64,000 bases of DNA, taken from contig NC_045697.1 in NCBI RefSeq assembly GCF_009834535.1, positions 76,944,001-77,008,000 on the forward strand. Reading direction: 5' to 3'. Shown here in pieces: positions 12,530 through 25,100 of the stretch; the first letter of the stretch is position 1; every line of letters starts with the position of its first letter. A program made the translations under genes and the position numbers. The notes beneath the pieces were generated by a model that saw nothing but the letters and a program-made list of their open reading frames with translations, was not told the DNA's origin and did not search any database. The DNA is from Camelus ferus. Its lineage: Eukaryota.

Positions 12530-13117
12530 TGTTCTGAGTTGAATTGTGTCCCCCCCTAAAAAATATGTTCAAGCCCTCATCACTGATACCAGTGAATGCA
12601 GTCTTATTTGGAAATGGGGTATTTTGCAAATATAATCAAATGAAGATGAAGTCATACTGGCAATGAGTGTGTATATGTCCATGAATAACTGAAAAATTGT
12701 GCCGAACACTGGAATTTGACACAACATTGTAAAATGATTATAAATCAACAAAAAATGTTAAAAAAAAAAAAAAAGATGAAGTCATACTGGATTAGAGTGA
12801 GCTCTAGGCCAACATGATCGCCATCCTAATAAAAGAAGAGAATTTGAGACACTGATACACACAGAGGGAAGTCATCCACGTAAAGACAAAGGCATTGATT
12901 GGAGTTAGGCTGCCACATGCCAAGGAACATCTGGACCAAAAGCTGAAAAAGGCAAGGAAGGATCCCCACCACCACCCAGAGGCTCCAAAGGGAGCACGAC
13001 CCTGCCAACATCTTGATTTCTGACTTCCAGCTAAAGAACTGGGAGAGAATAAATTTCTGTTGTTTTAAGCCCATAGTCTGTGGTGTTTTGCTACAGCAGC
13101 CCCAAGAAACTAATATA
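12530..13117 (+). mobile_element. MaLR LTR (MLT1B/C-like) interrupted by an L1 insertion
   Basis: 'gttgaattgtgtccccc..ttatttggaaatgggg..' through 'gagagaataaatttctgttgttttaagccc..tttgctacagcagccccaagaaactaata'. Confidence 0.88.
12661..12772 (+). mobile_element. Short 5'-truncated L1 3' end (~112 bp) with poly(A), relatively young
   Basis: Perfect 18-bp TSD 'aagatgaagtcatactgg' at 12643-12660 and 12773-12790; insert 'gtatatgtccatg..actgaaaaattgtgc..gacacaacattgtaaaatgattata' plus A-tail resembles artiodactyl L1 3' UTRs. Confidence 0.85.
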
Positions 13118-15434
13118 ACTGGGTATATCAAAGAGAAATGGAAAATACTAAACACAAACTTTGCCAACCTAAGACATTTTCCCTTACATTGAACCAAAAT
13201 AACTAATAAAATATGTACCAGGAATTTTAAAAAGTAAATTCTGAGAGCAACAGGGTAAATTACTCTTTTTAAAAATTAGTAGTTTTTCTTGGTTTACTAA
13301 TTTAATCTCTCAGTTAAAAAATCTAATTTTTACTGCAAATGTTTTATTTGTGGTTCCTGAGATCTTAAGAAATAGAAAAGTCTGACAATGAAGTTCAACT
13401 TATCAATGAGCTAATATTTAACTCAGATGACAAAATGTAACTTTTCAGACTGCAGATATCTAATTATTGCTACTTTTATCATGTTGTTAGTTTCACTACA
13501 TTGCTGTTATGAATGTTTCAAAAAAGAAACCCTCAACTTGGCGATATGTTATATTTCATTGAAATTATTTTCAATTAAATCTTAGAAAGCTTTTGCCAGA
13601 CTAATAAATCCAAATATTATTTTTCAAGCTACTTACTATAAAAATACTTGGTCTCTACATTTAATCTTTTTAAAAGCTAAAGTATAACCTTAAATAGATA
13701 AATTGAGAGGTGGCTAGCTTTACAAAAGGTGATTTGTTTTACAATAGTAATCTCTGAGTGGTAAACTCCACTGATATATTTTAAATTATTCTATTTATAA
13801 AAATTTAACTTGCAACTTTCATGAAAATCACTACTGTATGTAGCAAGGTACAAACATGAAACGTACACATGTTCAAGTCAGTCCGTTGCCATTACCAGAC
13901 CCATTATGCAGATGGAAGAGATAACTCAAGCTCATGAAGAGAAAATCAAGATTGAAATGAGAAACTAGAGACCTAGGTTTCTGGGCCCATTTAGCTCTAG
14001 CTGATGAGGTCCTTGAGTTTACTTTTATCATCAGCTTCTTCAAATCCATCGAGGGTGTTTGGAGAAGTGAATTTTAATTAGTTGAATAAAATCCCATATA
14101 ATCTAATAGTTCCAAGATATTGCTAACAAAAGGGCAGGGGAATATGCAAACTTTCTTTTATTTAGATTTTTCACAGATTGATGTTTCTAATAGGAAAAAA
14201 GTTAACTTACCTTCACATTCCATTTTCACTTTTCCCAAATCCACACAAAATCTGAATACCTGATGGAATTTTGCCAATAGCCTTAGCATGTCATGACATG
14301 AAAGTATTAGAGGTTAAGTTAGATAGAGTCTATAACTGACACTGATTTTAGTAAGCCTAACAGACAAAGAAGGGAAAAGGTGGCAGACTGCAAAAGTGAT
14401 ACCAAAATTTTGGCAACTGAATCAAATAGATGTGGCTTGTTTTATAGTTTGTGCAGGACCCAGATAAGATAACATTTCATAAAAAGGAAATTCTGGGAAA
14501 TAATAGTAAATTTGCGATTTGAGTGTGTGGGGTTTATAGAAAGGGCAATGGAGAATTTCTTTATGTAAGTTTTACTTCTCTTTTGGAAATTATACTAGAT
14601 TTTTAAATAAATGTTCTTCTGAGAGCTATGAAAGTTCTCTCAACCTCTCTCAAGTTTTGTTAATATTAGAATTACTCCATATGTCTCTTCAGTTATACAG
14701 TATTACCTTTTTGACTACTAAAGCTATCTGCTGATTTTTATCTTAGTGTTAAGGTGCTTATTGTTTCTGGTTGTTGGAGGGGAATGTTTATTCTTTCTTT
14801 TTTATTTCTTACAAAATTTAACATCTTAATTCTCTAATTCACTACAAGAAAATAGTTTACCCTTCTATTTAATTATTCAATTAAAAAAGCTTTGGCACTT
14901 GTAGAGTGAGGTTAAGGTATAGCACATGTAACTAAAATATTAACCAGAAAAGAAATATACACTAGATGGAAAGGTTACAGTAAAGAAAAAATTCAAGAAT
15001 TTAAACTAACAAAAACTATACTACTTCAAATGAATATTATACTTGTGGAAATTTCAAGTTAGTTTACCAACAAATGAATTATAGAACTAGAAATATAATG
15101 GGTGTGTAATTCAAATTCTGTCTTTTGCTAGACACAAACAACTTCAATTCAAATTAGTATTTTTCCTCTGAATATAAGAAACATCTAAATAGATTAATTT
15201 AGTCATTTACTGCAAGGAAGACAAAGATTATTTGACTTATGGAAACAAAAAATTAGTTTCAGCTGAGACATAAAAATTTTGGTATAGTAATAACAAAGAA
15301 ACTGCCAATGGAAATGATTTATCAACTGAATGAAAGGAAAGGAGACTTTATTATGAAATGTCTTTAAGAAAAATCTCTCTCAGTTTTCCATTTAACTGGA
15401 ACAAATTAGATAAAGTCTAGATTTTAAAAAGGGT

Positions 15435-16036
15435 ATGAGACTTACATTTATAGTCAACTGATTTTTGACATGGGTGCCAAGACCATTTAATGACAAGACA
15501 TTTAAAGAGAAGACAGTCTTTTCAATAAATGTTGCTGTAACAACTGGATGCCCACATGCAAAAAAATGAAGATGAACCTCTACCTCCCACTATATGCCAA
15601 AAATAATTCAAAATGGCTTACAGACCTAAATGTAAGAACTAAAAACTATAAAACTCATAGAAGAAGAAAAAAAAGCAATTCTTCATGACCTTAGATTAGA
15701 CAACATTTTTAATATAATATCAAAAGCAAAAAAGACAAAAGAAAATATAGATTAATTAGACATCATTAAAAAAAATAAAAACAAACCTGTGACTCAAAGA
15801 ACACCATTAGAAAATGAAAAGACAACCCACAGAATCAGAGAAATGTTAGGTGTTGTTTCTGGTTGTTGGAGGGAAAATCATGCATCTGATAAAAGATTTG
15901 TATCCACAATAAAGAACCTTTAAATCTCAACAATAAAAAGATAATCAAATTTTTTTAAATGGGCAAAGAATTTGAATAGATATTTCTACAAAGACATTAT
16001 ACACATAAACAGTTAAGTGCATGAGAAGATGCTTAC
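15435..16036 (+). mobile_element. L1 (L1MB/MC-type) ORF2 3' region fragment
   Basis: 'tagtcaactgatttttgacatgggtgccaagacc..gacagtcttttcaataaatg..aaaagacaacccacagaat..aaatgggcaaagaatttgaatagatatttct'. Confidence 0.9.
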
Positions 16037-19034
16037 TAACAAAGAACTCTATTTTCTTTCAAGCAAAATAATCACAATTGATGTGGAGTTCTCTCTTGTG
16101 CTTGGAAGTGGGTTTCCTAGCTATACTTTGCCACCATGATTCAAAAAAAAAAAAAAGGAACATTTAGCGTGGTTTGTACATAAAATGACTGTAACAATCA
16201 GTCCTCTTTACATTCTTTGAAATGAGATTTAGATTTTCTTTGGCCATGTTTTAAGGCTAATTCTCTTTGTTCCTTTGACTATGTAACCATTGATGTAATA
16301 TTTCTTTGAAACATACAACAGATATAATAATGTAATAACTAATATTTTTAAGCACTTACAATGTGTTAGATACACTTGTAAGACCTTTTTTTGGATTAGA
16401 TTCTTAAACCTCAAAAACCACCTTAAAAGAAAGATACTAATATATGAATTTAGCAGATAGAAACACTGAAGTTTTGAAATGTGTAATGCAATGGTCTCAA
16501 GGATGTCACCTTGGCTATGGGTAGGATGTGACAAGCCAGAAGGTTAGTCATGTTAAAGTCACGTGTGATCTGTCCACATTCCCAGAGCCAGCAAGTGGTG
16601 GAGCCAGCTTTGTACTCCAGAGCTTGAGCTCTTAGGCACTGCTCTACATCATCTTCATCTCCTCTTTTTGGAGATATGTGTTTTTCCCAAACTTGGCTTA
16701 CTCATATAGATAACTGACAGAAGTGCCATAGCTTAAGTAAAAGTGGTGCGGTAAAATCATTTCTCAGTTGCCAATAATGATGAAAACGACACTCATCTTT
16801 AGGATAAATCCTGTAATGTAGGTCGTTCTGTTTGACAAGATGTGATTTGGAGGCTCCATAATACTGTGTAGATTAGGAGACGTGATTTATTGTACTATAG
16901 TGGAAAGTGTTACTAAATATGAAAGTTCTGCAGAATCAATTGCCTTTGGTTTTTGTTTTTTTGGTTTTTTTGGCTTTTGAACAAAACTTACTCTCTATGA
17001 CAGCCAAATAAGGGAAGCCCCATGAAGGTTCCAAACTTTATCCAAACCCAGGACAATCCAGCCTCTGTCTAAATTTTGCCTCCACCCATTTCAGATTTTG
17101 ATATAATTCATCATTCTGCCATGTCTTTGTTCAAGTTACACAGTCTGTATTCTCTCAGCTCTTAGGCTAGAAACCACATAAGTCTCTTAACTTCAGGAAA
17201 ATGTTGGGTACATATTCTTACCCTCTGAAATACTTTTCAACTTTTACTGGTTTGAACCTAAAACATATATCACTAATTTTCACCTTCACTTTAAAAAAAA
17301 ATTACTCTTTAAACACATATTCTGAATATGTAAGCACCAGATTTACCCAGGAAAAAAAATCACCAAATTATCAACATTTTCACAAGAGTTTCTAATCTAG
17401 TGAGATTATATTGATCTCTACAATTTAAATCTAAAATAGATCTGGATTTAAAACCAAAATGATTATTCTTCCTCCTTTATAATATTCTCTACCTACTATG
17501 TTCATAGCTAGAATATAAGACTCTAGATGCCCAACTAGACTTCTGTAATCTATGGATCTCAACAATGTCAACCTAGTCATAGGTGAAATCTGACTAATCA
17601 GTTATAAATTCTAGAAATTAGTCAGGGGCAAACAAACCTAAACTTATATGAGTGAGATAATATAAACTTTTCCTTGGCAAGTTGTCTAGTTGGAATCCTT
17701 CAAGTAAAAAAGCAAATAAGCCAGTCTAGTTTATTTATAGAGTTTCAAATCACAATGAGATAGAACTAGAAGGCACTGTACAGATAATCTACAAGTGTGT
17801 TGTTTTACAGGTGATAAAATTGAGGCCACAGAAGACTCTGACTGACATATGATTAGATTTCTGGGTTCTTTTATTTCTAGCCTAATGTACTATCTACTGT
17901 TTCTCACTTCTCAGAAGCCTGTATCTTGAGGCAGTTGGTCACACAGAGGATGAGGTTTTATGTTTGGGTTTTTTTTAAGGTAAAAGAAAGACTAGGAACA
18001 AATCATTTAAGTCTTTTAATTACTAGTTTTTAACCTTACTATCCATTCCATGCTACCTGCCTCTTCCTTCTATTCTCCTTCCCCCCTTTAACCTCCCGCA
18101 CCACAACTCTCTGTGCCATCCCCCCAAAAAGGAAACGTAAAGCTGGGTATGAGTTTTTAATTACTCTTTTTACCTCTCCTACACTACGTCTTTATTTTCA
18201 CCAATTCCTGTCTGTCATTCTCAATGAGCTTGAGAGACTCCTCGAACATCTTAATATAAGCAGCCTCCTAGGACTTGGAGAGTTTAGTTTAGCTCAGCCT
18301 GAAGGAAAAGGCCAATAATTCCTTGATGTCCATGCTATAGCTATAATTTTAGTTTTTTCTTCAGATTTCCTTCTATATGACATAAAATTATAAAATGTCA
18401 ATTTAGCTTCTAATAAATCAACTTCTTTTGATACTCTGTTTTGAAAAAGTTGTGTTAAAATCAAAATGTTTGTATGTTCATTTCTAGACTTTTATAATCT
18501 CCTGAAAAACAAGTCATGTTTATTTGTACTGTGCTCACTAATGCAATGGAAAATCTATATATATTATTTGTTTTCTAATTAGAAAGCAGACTAGAAGGTA
18601 CCATATGTCATTTGTAGCCTTACTTCTAACCTAATAAAGGCAACAGACCCATATCATAGCCACCAATTGTTTTGAGTTCTCAATCAATTGAGTCTCTGTA
18701 TATTCTATAAAGGAAAAATTCATCAAAATCATACTGTGAGAAGAATCTCTGTTTTCTGGAAGACATTTAGTGTGATGTCAGCAACTTGAACTGTAGTTCT
18801 TTTATTGGTTCATTACATTTTATTTTAAAGATGAACTGATTTTGCTCTTCAGTGAGCCTATATTTCTGAACCTGAAGATTCCTTGAGATTAGGCAGACAT
18901 TTAGTTCACATCTAGTTAGTTTACTTTAGGTATTTGTGGCTTATCTCAACTGATGAGATATTCAGAAGTAACTCTACAAAACAGATTTTTTTGAACAAAA
19001 GCAACTCAACTGGATACAAAGCCTGTCTTAAAGG

Positions 19035-19542
19035 TTTTTCATCTGCGTCTGTGAATCTGTTTTTCATTTGTAAATAGAATTTGTATCATATTTTTTTTAG
19101 ATTCCACACATAAGTGATATATGATATTTGTCTTTCTCTGTCTGACTTACTTCACTTAATATGATAATCTCTAGGTCCATCCATGTTGCTGCTGATGGCA
19201 TTATTTCATTCTTTTTATGGATGAGTAATATTCCATTACACACACAAACACACACACACACACAACACACTTACACACCACATCTCCTTTTTCCATTCAT
19301 TGGTTGACGGACATTTATGTTACTTTCATGTCTTGGCTATTGTAAATAGTGCTGCTATGAATATTGGGGTGCATGTATCTATTTGAACTATAGTTTTCTC
19401 TAGATATGGGATTGCTGGATCATAGAGTTAGTCTTCTTTCAGTTTTTTAAGAAACCTCCATAGTGTCCTCCATAGTGGTTGTACCAATTTACATTCCCAC
19501 CAGCAGTACAGAAGGTTCCTTTTTCTCCACAGCCTCTCCAGC
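19035..19542 (-). mobile_element. L1 ORF2 end / 3' UTR fragment with internal (CA)n
   Basis: 'ttagattccacacataagtgatat..tctgacttacttcacttaatatgataatctctaggtccatccatgttgctg..ttggctattgtaaatagtgctgctatgaa..caatttacattcccaccagcag'. Confidence 0.92.
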
Positions 19543-21837
19543 CTAAATAATTCTTTATTCTTTAACCTCAATTCTAATACTTCTCAAAACTTGAAACAAT
19601 TATATTTTTAAAAAGCTGATTTTCAGAGAACCTTGATAAACTAAAAACTCAACTTTATGAGCTTTGGGCCTCTACTAAGTATTTATAAGAATTTATTTCT
19701 CAATAATTAATATTAAGCTATTTAACAATCAATTTAACAATTACTACAAAGAAAAACATTTTAATATGATAACTTATAAATTCCACTCCCTTTACGTTAA
19801 TGCTAAATGTACAATTTAGAAGCCTTATTCACACACCTAGTCAACTATTTCTTCAGTGACCCAAGAGAGTTTCAAAAGGTTATATTGTCTTTGCAGCTAT
19901 AAACCAGACCTATTCCCAAAGGAGACTGTCAGTCCTGGGCTCAGGATGAAGTAAATCTACATTGCTGAATGGAAAAGCTGCATTGTTGCTTTCTGTTTTG
20001 CATTGTTTTAAATAACTCCCTGACTAAACACTCTATACAAATCTAATTTATTATTTCAATAACTCTGTCTTGCATAGACCTGGAAAGAAATATGATTAGT
20101 TTAATTAATTAAATAAAAATGATTAACACTAATAAACTAATTTAAAAGTGAGTGGTTGCATGTATATGAGCATGTGGGCACATGCAGGTTGTATTCAGAG
20201 GCCTAAATGGTACCACAGAACCTAATCCTCTTGATTCAGTTGATATACATAAACCAACTCAAATAGACCAAGGATTAATTCTTGGAGTGATACTTCAATA
20301 TCTTTTCTTAAAGGTGCTTTAGGTCCACACATTATCAAGAAATGCTTCTTTATTCCCAGGCTAAATCTCCTCATGCTGTAATTTTTAATTTTATGTCATC
20401 TACAGAAATAAAAATGTAAACGTTATATTATTATAGATATTTGCATATTTCTAATCTGTATCAGCCTATTAATCAGGCCACCACAGCAGACCTTGCCCAA
20501 AATAATTTTTATTCTAATACATCAACCAGACAGTCTCACAACCAGATAGTCTTCAATCTTATTCTTAAACTGCCCTTACAAATTTAGGGTACATTTTTAC
20601 ATGAAAATGTCAGACATTATTATTACATTCCAGATTCACCAACAGAACTGCACTAAAAGTGATTCTGTGTCCTAAACACTGACTTTAAAACCCTAAATCT
20701 CCACAGTTTTGGAGTAGGGGGAAATTGATTGATGAGCGTTTTTAACAGTTAGCAGCACCCAGAACCAAGGCAGAAAAGAGTTCTGAGAGAAAGGGTGTAG
20801 GGCACGTCTCCCACCTCCAGCTCGATCTTAATTAATGAGGAAATTAAATTATATCTTTATTTGGGTGAAAATGATGATTCTCTTCCTATAACACTGTAAG
20901 CACCTTAGCAGACTCAAAACTCCTCAGAGCACAGGAAACTGTGTCTTATCTGTTGTATTTATTCATCAGCCTATCGTCTTATTCATCAGCCTATCGTCTT
21001 GCATCTAGTAGGGCCTCAGTAAAGGTATGACATGATGTAGTCCTCCATATTTATTACTAAATAATGTCTTTTACAGCCAGGTGTAGAATACCAACTAGTT
21101 TGTGACTAGTGCTGAGTGTAAGAAGTTTGTATAAATAAGGATATACAGGTTACATACCTAGGAAGTACATCTATAGCTATTAAGTTTGAAATATACATCT
21201 CAGAATTTATATTGTCCTCTTCCAAGTAAAAATCTTAAGGTGTTATATTGATATTCACTTCATTATTCTAAACATATTCTAAACTCCTGTTTGGGAATTT
21301 TTAATATTTTTGATGTCTTCAAGTTTTTTCTTATCCTTTAAGAGTGCTAATGACTTTTAGTAATATTCACAGTTATTCTGAGCCAGGACTTGTGATAACA
21401 GTGATGAGCCTGATGGATTTGTATTTAAAAAGAAAGAAAGAGAAGGAGGAGGAGGGATAAGAAATCCAACTGGTGTAGGGGAGTTATCAATCAGGTTCTG
21501 AGAAACTCTGAAATATTAAAAAAAAAAGTCACTGGCATTGCCCACTAAAATATGTGTGGAAGGACATGTGGAAGACCATATATGGAGGTACCTTGAGTGA
21601 CTGCACTTAAAGAGACAAGACTTCATATTTCTAAGTTTGGCATATATGTTTGAATATTAGTCACCTTAATTTAACATATCATCCTAGAGTTTATCTTTAT
21701 TTTCACATATTAGGTTTACCTAATTTGGGCTATATTTGTACTCTTTAGAGATTAAAAAAAAATCTACTTCAGGCAAAGAATGTAAATTACTTGACTAAAA
21801 TATGATAGTAATTCTGGTTTTTCACCAACTCAGTAGG

Positions 21838-22022
21838 AGAGTGATTCTCTCAAACTATAGTATACCCAGCATGGTTTTTTTTAAAAATACAGATACATGG
21901 GCAATATTCTCAGAAAATCTAATAAAATCAATTTAGATTGAGTCCCTAGGAAATCTGCAAACTCTATAACCCCCCAGCTAATCAAGATGCAGGTGATCTT
22001 GGAACCACACTTTGAGGAAAAT
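21838..22022. mobile_element. MER5-like hAT-Charlie DNA transposon remnant
   Basis: 'ttaaaaatacagat..ggaaatctgca..ccccagctaatcaagatgcaggtgatcttggaaccacactttgag'. Confidence 0.65.
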
Positions 22023-22114
22023 AGCAGTCAGCTCTCAGGAAGGTTGGATTCTCCAATCATATGACCACATCAGTAGGTGTCTGACAACTACTTCTAAAAT
22101 AGTCCACAAAGAAT

Positions 22115-22433
22115 TGTTAAAAGATAAACTGAGGCATATTAAAATTTTTAAGTTTATTTGAGCAAAAATCAATTCTAATTGAGCCAAACTGGAAGTGGTT
22201 AGGTTAGGTTAGTGCGTAAAACAGGACCCTTATAGAGAGCCTTACAGAGAAAAGGTAGAAGTGAAGCAAGGAAATTACTGACCGACTACAGCTTAAAGTC
22301 TACTTGGCTATTTGTGATCGGTTGTCCTTAGGCTTTGACTTCGTAACCTTGAGGTATTCACAGGCTTAGACTTTGGTTTGCTTAGGTAAGCAGCCCACAG
22401 CATCAGAGCCACTTTGTTTTAATTAATTTAACA
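22115..22433 (-). mobile_element. ERV1-class solo LTR (319 bp)
   Basis: Inverted termini TGTTAAA..TTTAACA; 4-bp flanks gaat/gaac (TSD with one mismatch); 'tttatt' near 22153 is AATAAA on the minus strand. Confidence 0.78.
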
Positions 22434-23169
22434 GAACAGTTTTCAGTAAAATAAATATTTAATATTAACTTGCCCACAGGAAAATAGCAGAGATTCATGA
22501 AAAGCACCACTCAATCCCTACCTAATATACTAAACTAATGTGTTCAGTATTAATCAAGCCTCATCTCCTAACAATTCCAAGAAAAAGCTCAGGACTTCCC
22601 TTGTTTCTTAGGCCATCAGAGCAGGTGGAACTGAGTTTTACCAAGGCTTTTCCTATAATGTGAAAACTTGCTATAGCACTCTATGGATCCCTTTCTTAAC
22701 CAGAGACCAAATATACTAAGACCATGATCCTTTTATGTGCAGGGTCCACCAGAATTTGTAGCATTGGAATTCCTGAGAGTTCAGTAGCTGAGTAGGATGT
22801 AAAGAAGATTTTCTTTCTCTTTGTTTATGAATAGCCTATCTTGGGGTTACCTGCATCATTCTTTAAACAAAATCCCTTTTTAAAAGCCTACCTGCATAAC
22901 TAACTAAAATGTCATTTTTGTATAATTATACAGTAATTTACAGTATAGGTCTAAAGAAGTAGTAAAATTTGAAAGTGAGAATGAATAAAATTATATAAGA
23001 GTAATACATACGTCTTAAGGAAAATCCCAGGAGAAGCATCTGGCAAAAATATACAATCACTTTAAATTGTGGGGTTGCCCCCTTCCCCTAAGAAAAATTG
23101 ATTTTAAAGCAGCTACATTTGAAAAAATCTTCCTAATTATTTTTGAGCCATTTTATTGTGACTCTGACT

Positions 23170-23828
23170 ATAGTCTATTGTCATTTTCAGTAGTTAAGTT
23201 TGATAAAGTCTCCACAAACATTACATTAGCAAATTCTGAAGCGTTGCTCTTAAGGGAAATACAAAGTTAGGTTCCTGTGAGCCTCTGATGCACATCATTT
23301 TCATGAACTATTCAATACATAACCTTGTTTTATGAGTGTTTCTGTTTAAAGGTATCTTATTTAATAGATATTTCTGATTCATTAATGTCAAACACATGGG
23401 CAACAAAACTGTTACTCAAGACTAAGTAAAGCTAGACTACAATAAGTTCTCCATAAGGTAAATCATAGCCTTCTTATGCTGAGGAACACTAGACAGCACT
23501 TCAGCACTATACTTTGGGGGCCATATCAAACAGTGAAACAACCAACGAAAAGCACAAAAATACAGACAAACAAACAAAAATGTGGCTCTAAATAAACTGC
23601 AAAAGAAAACCTGTTTGCTGTTTAAGAGCAGAACCAAGAAGGCCAAGCATCACCTTACTGGACTTCAGCTGGTAATGTGAGTGCTGGGCGACTCAAATTT
23701 TTCATCACTCTGTGCGTGTCTGTGTAAAACTGCAAAAGTGCCACAGTATTGATTTGAAGGTTACAAATAAATTTTTGCAAGTAGGTGAAATGCAAATACA
23801 GAATCTATAAATAATAAGGATCTACTGT
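23170..23828. mobile_element. Tigger-family DNA transposon remnant (MER44-like)
   Basis: 'gggaaatacaaagttaggttcctgtgagcctctg..aaaatgtggctctaaataaactgc..gcaagtaggtgaaatgcaaatacagaatct..aataaggatctactg' followed by TA. Confidence 0.75.
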
Positions 23829-24874
23829 ATTTTCACTATTAAGGTGAAAGTCCTTACCTTAGGTTTGATATATACACAACAGCATTTCTAAGTTCCTTTT
23901 TCAATGATATAATACTGTACTAAAATACATCATTGCACCATAAATGGTGTTATTTATAACATTTTCAATGATTTATCTTTCTTGCCTCAGGACAATCAAC
24001 AGTTACGGCATCTAATCAAAAATTTCTCAGTCTTAATTACATGTGTATTTAACATTGTTTAAGTGCCTAGAAGAGGCTATAAAATTTACCAGAGATATGA
24101 CAAACACGGGCTGTTTAAATTGTCAAAAAGGGGAGCATCTTCACCAAACTCAGTATGCCAATCCAAAGGTTCTATTTCAAAAGCACTAATTAAAAAAAAT
24201 TTAAAGATAGAAAAAGTACATTCAAACAGACTACTTAAATCAGTGGCATAGAGAAGAAATTGAGGTTAGGTAACACAGAAATATATTTCTACTACCAAAA
24301 ATACAAACTCAAAAATGTTGATAAAAATTAAACATTAATCAGTAAAATTACTCATGGTCAGTGAGAGTTATTCAATATAACTACTGTTATTACAAATTGA
24401 TTACCCTGTAGTCTTCAAAAACCACTCATAATCCAGTCTCATGATATGTGAAAAACTAATCGATACCTCTTGGAATTGTACAATGTAGACGTTCCAAGAT
24501 TTAGCTATTATTTCATTCAACTTCCTCATTTTACACATAAGACTTTAGTGACCACCAGTTCAGCTTAAGCCAGTCTCAAGCTGCACCACATTCTTGTTTG
24601 TGGAGTGTGATATTATATATCAAAGAGGGCAAAATTTCACAGAGAAATCCAGGAAAGACAACTGCAGGAAGACAGTGGTTCTTTTTACATGACATGAGGT
24701 GTGTGGTCAGGGAGGTGATAAAAGAAGTCTATTTGAATGGGCACTGTAGCTCTGCTTACTTTATTCTTATACTATGAATTCTATCCTGATGATCCAAACT
24801 AAATGAGATTTTCTAGACAGGTTGATTAGCATTTATTGAAGTAGTTGTCTCTCTATGGTTGAAACGCAACATGA

Positions 24875-25100
24875 CAGAATGAAAAAGCATGGCCTTGCAA
24901 TTCAGACAGACCTGGTTTAAACCTTAGCTCTCCCAGGTACGAATTGTGTGATTAGGCAAATGAGAAACTTGATGAGATTATTTCCTTAAGTGCAAAATAA
25001 GGAAATTAGATCCTTAACCAAAATGTTGTGCTGTGAAAAGTACACAGGTTAAAGTATAAAAAGCATCTAACATAGAACTTAGTTATATATAATTACTAAA
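24875..25100 (+). mobile_element. MIR SINE (degraded)
   Basis: 'aaagcatggccttgcaattcagacagacctggtttaaaccttagctct..tgtgtgattaggcaa'. Confidence 0.7.

Noticed and set aside
12826..13197. 123-aa minus-strand ORF
   Set aside because: Lies largely in the antisense MLT1 LTR; chance ORF
14205..14262. Minus-strand donor GAAG|GTAAGT with a short open frame (VFRFCVDLGKVKMECE)
   Set aside because: Acceptor lacks a pyrimidine tract and the peptide is unrecognised; insufficient support
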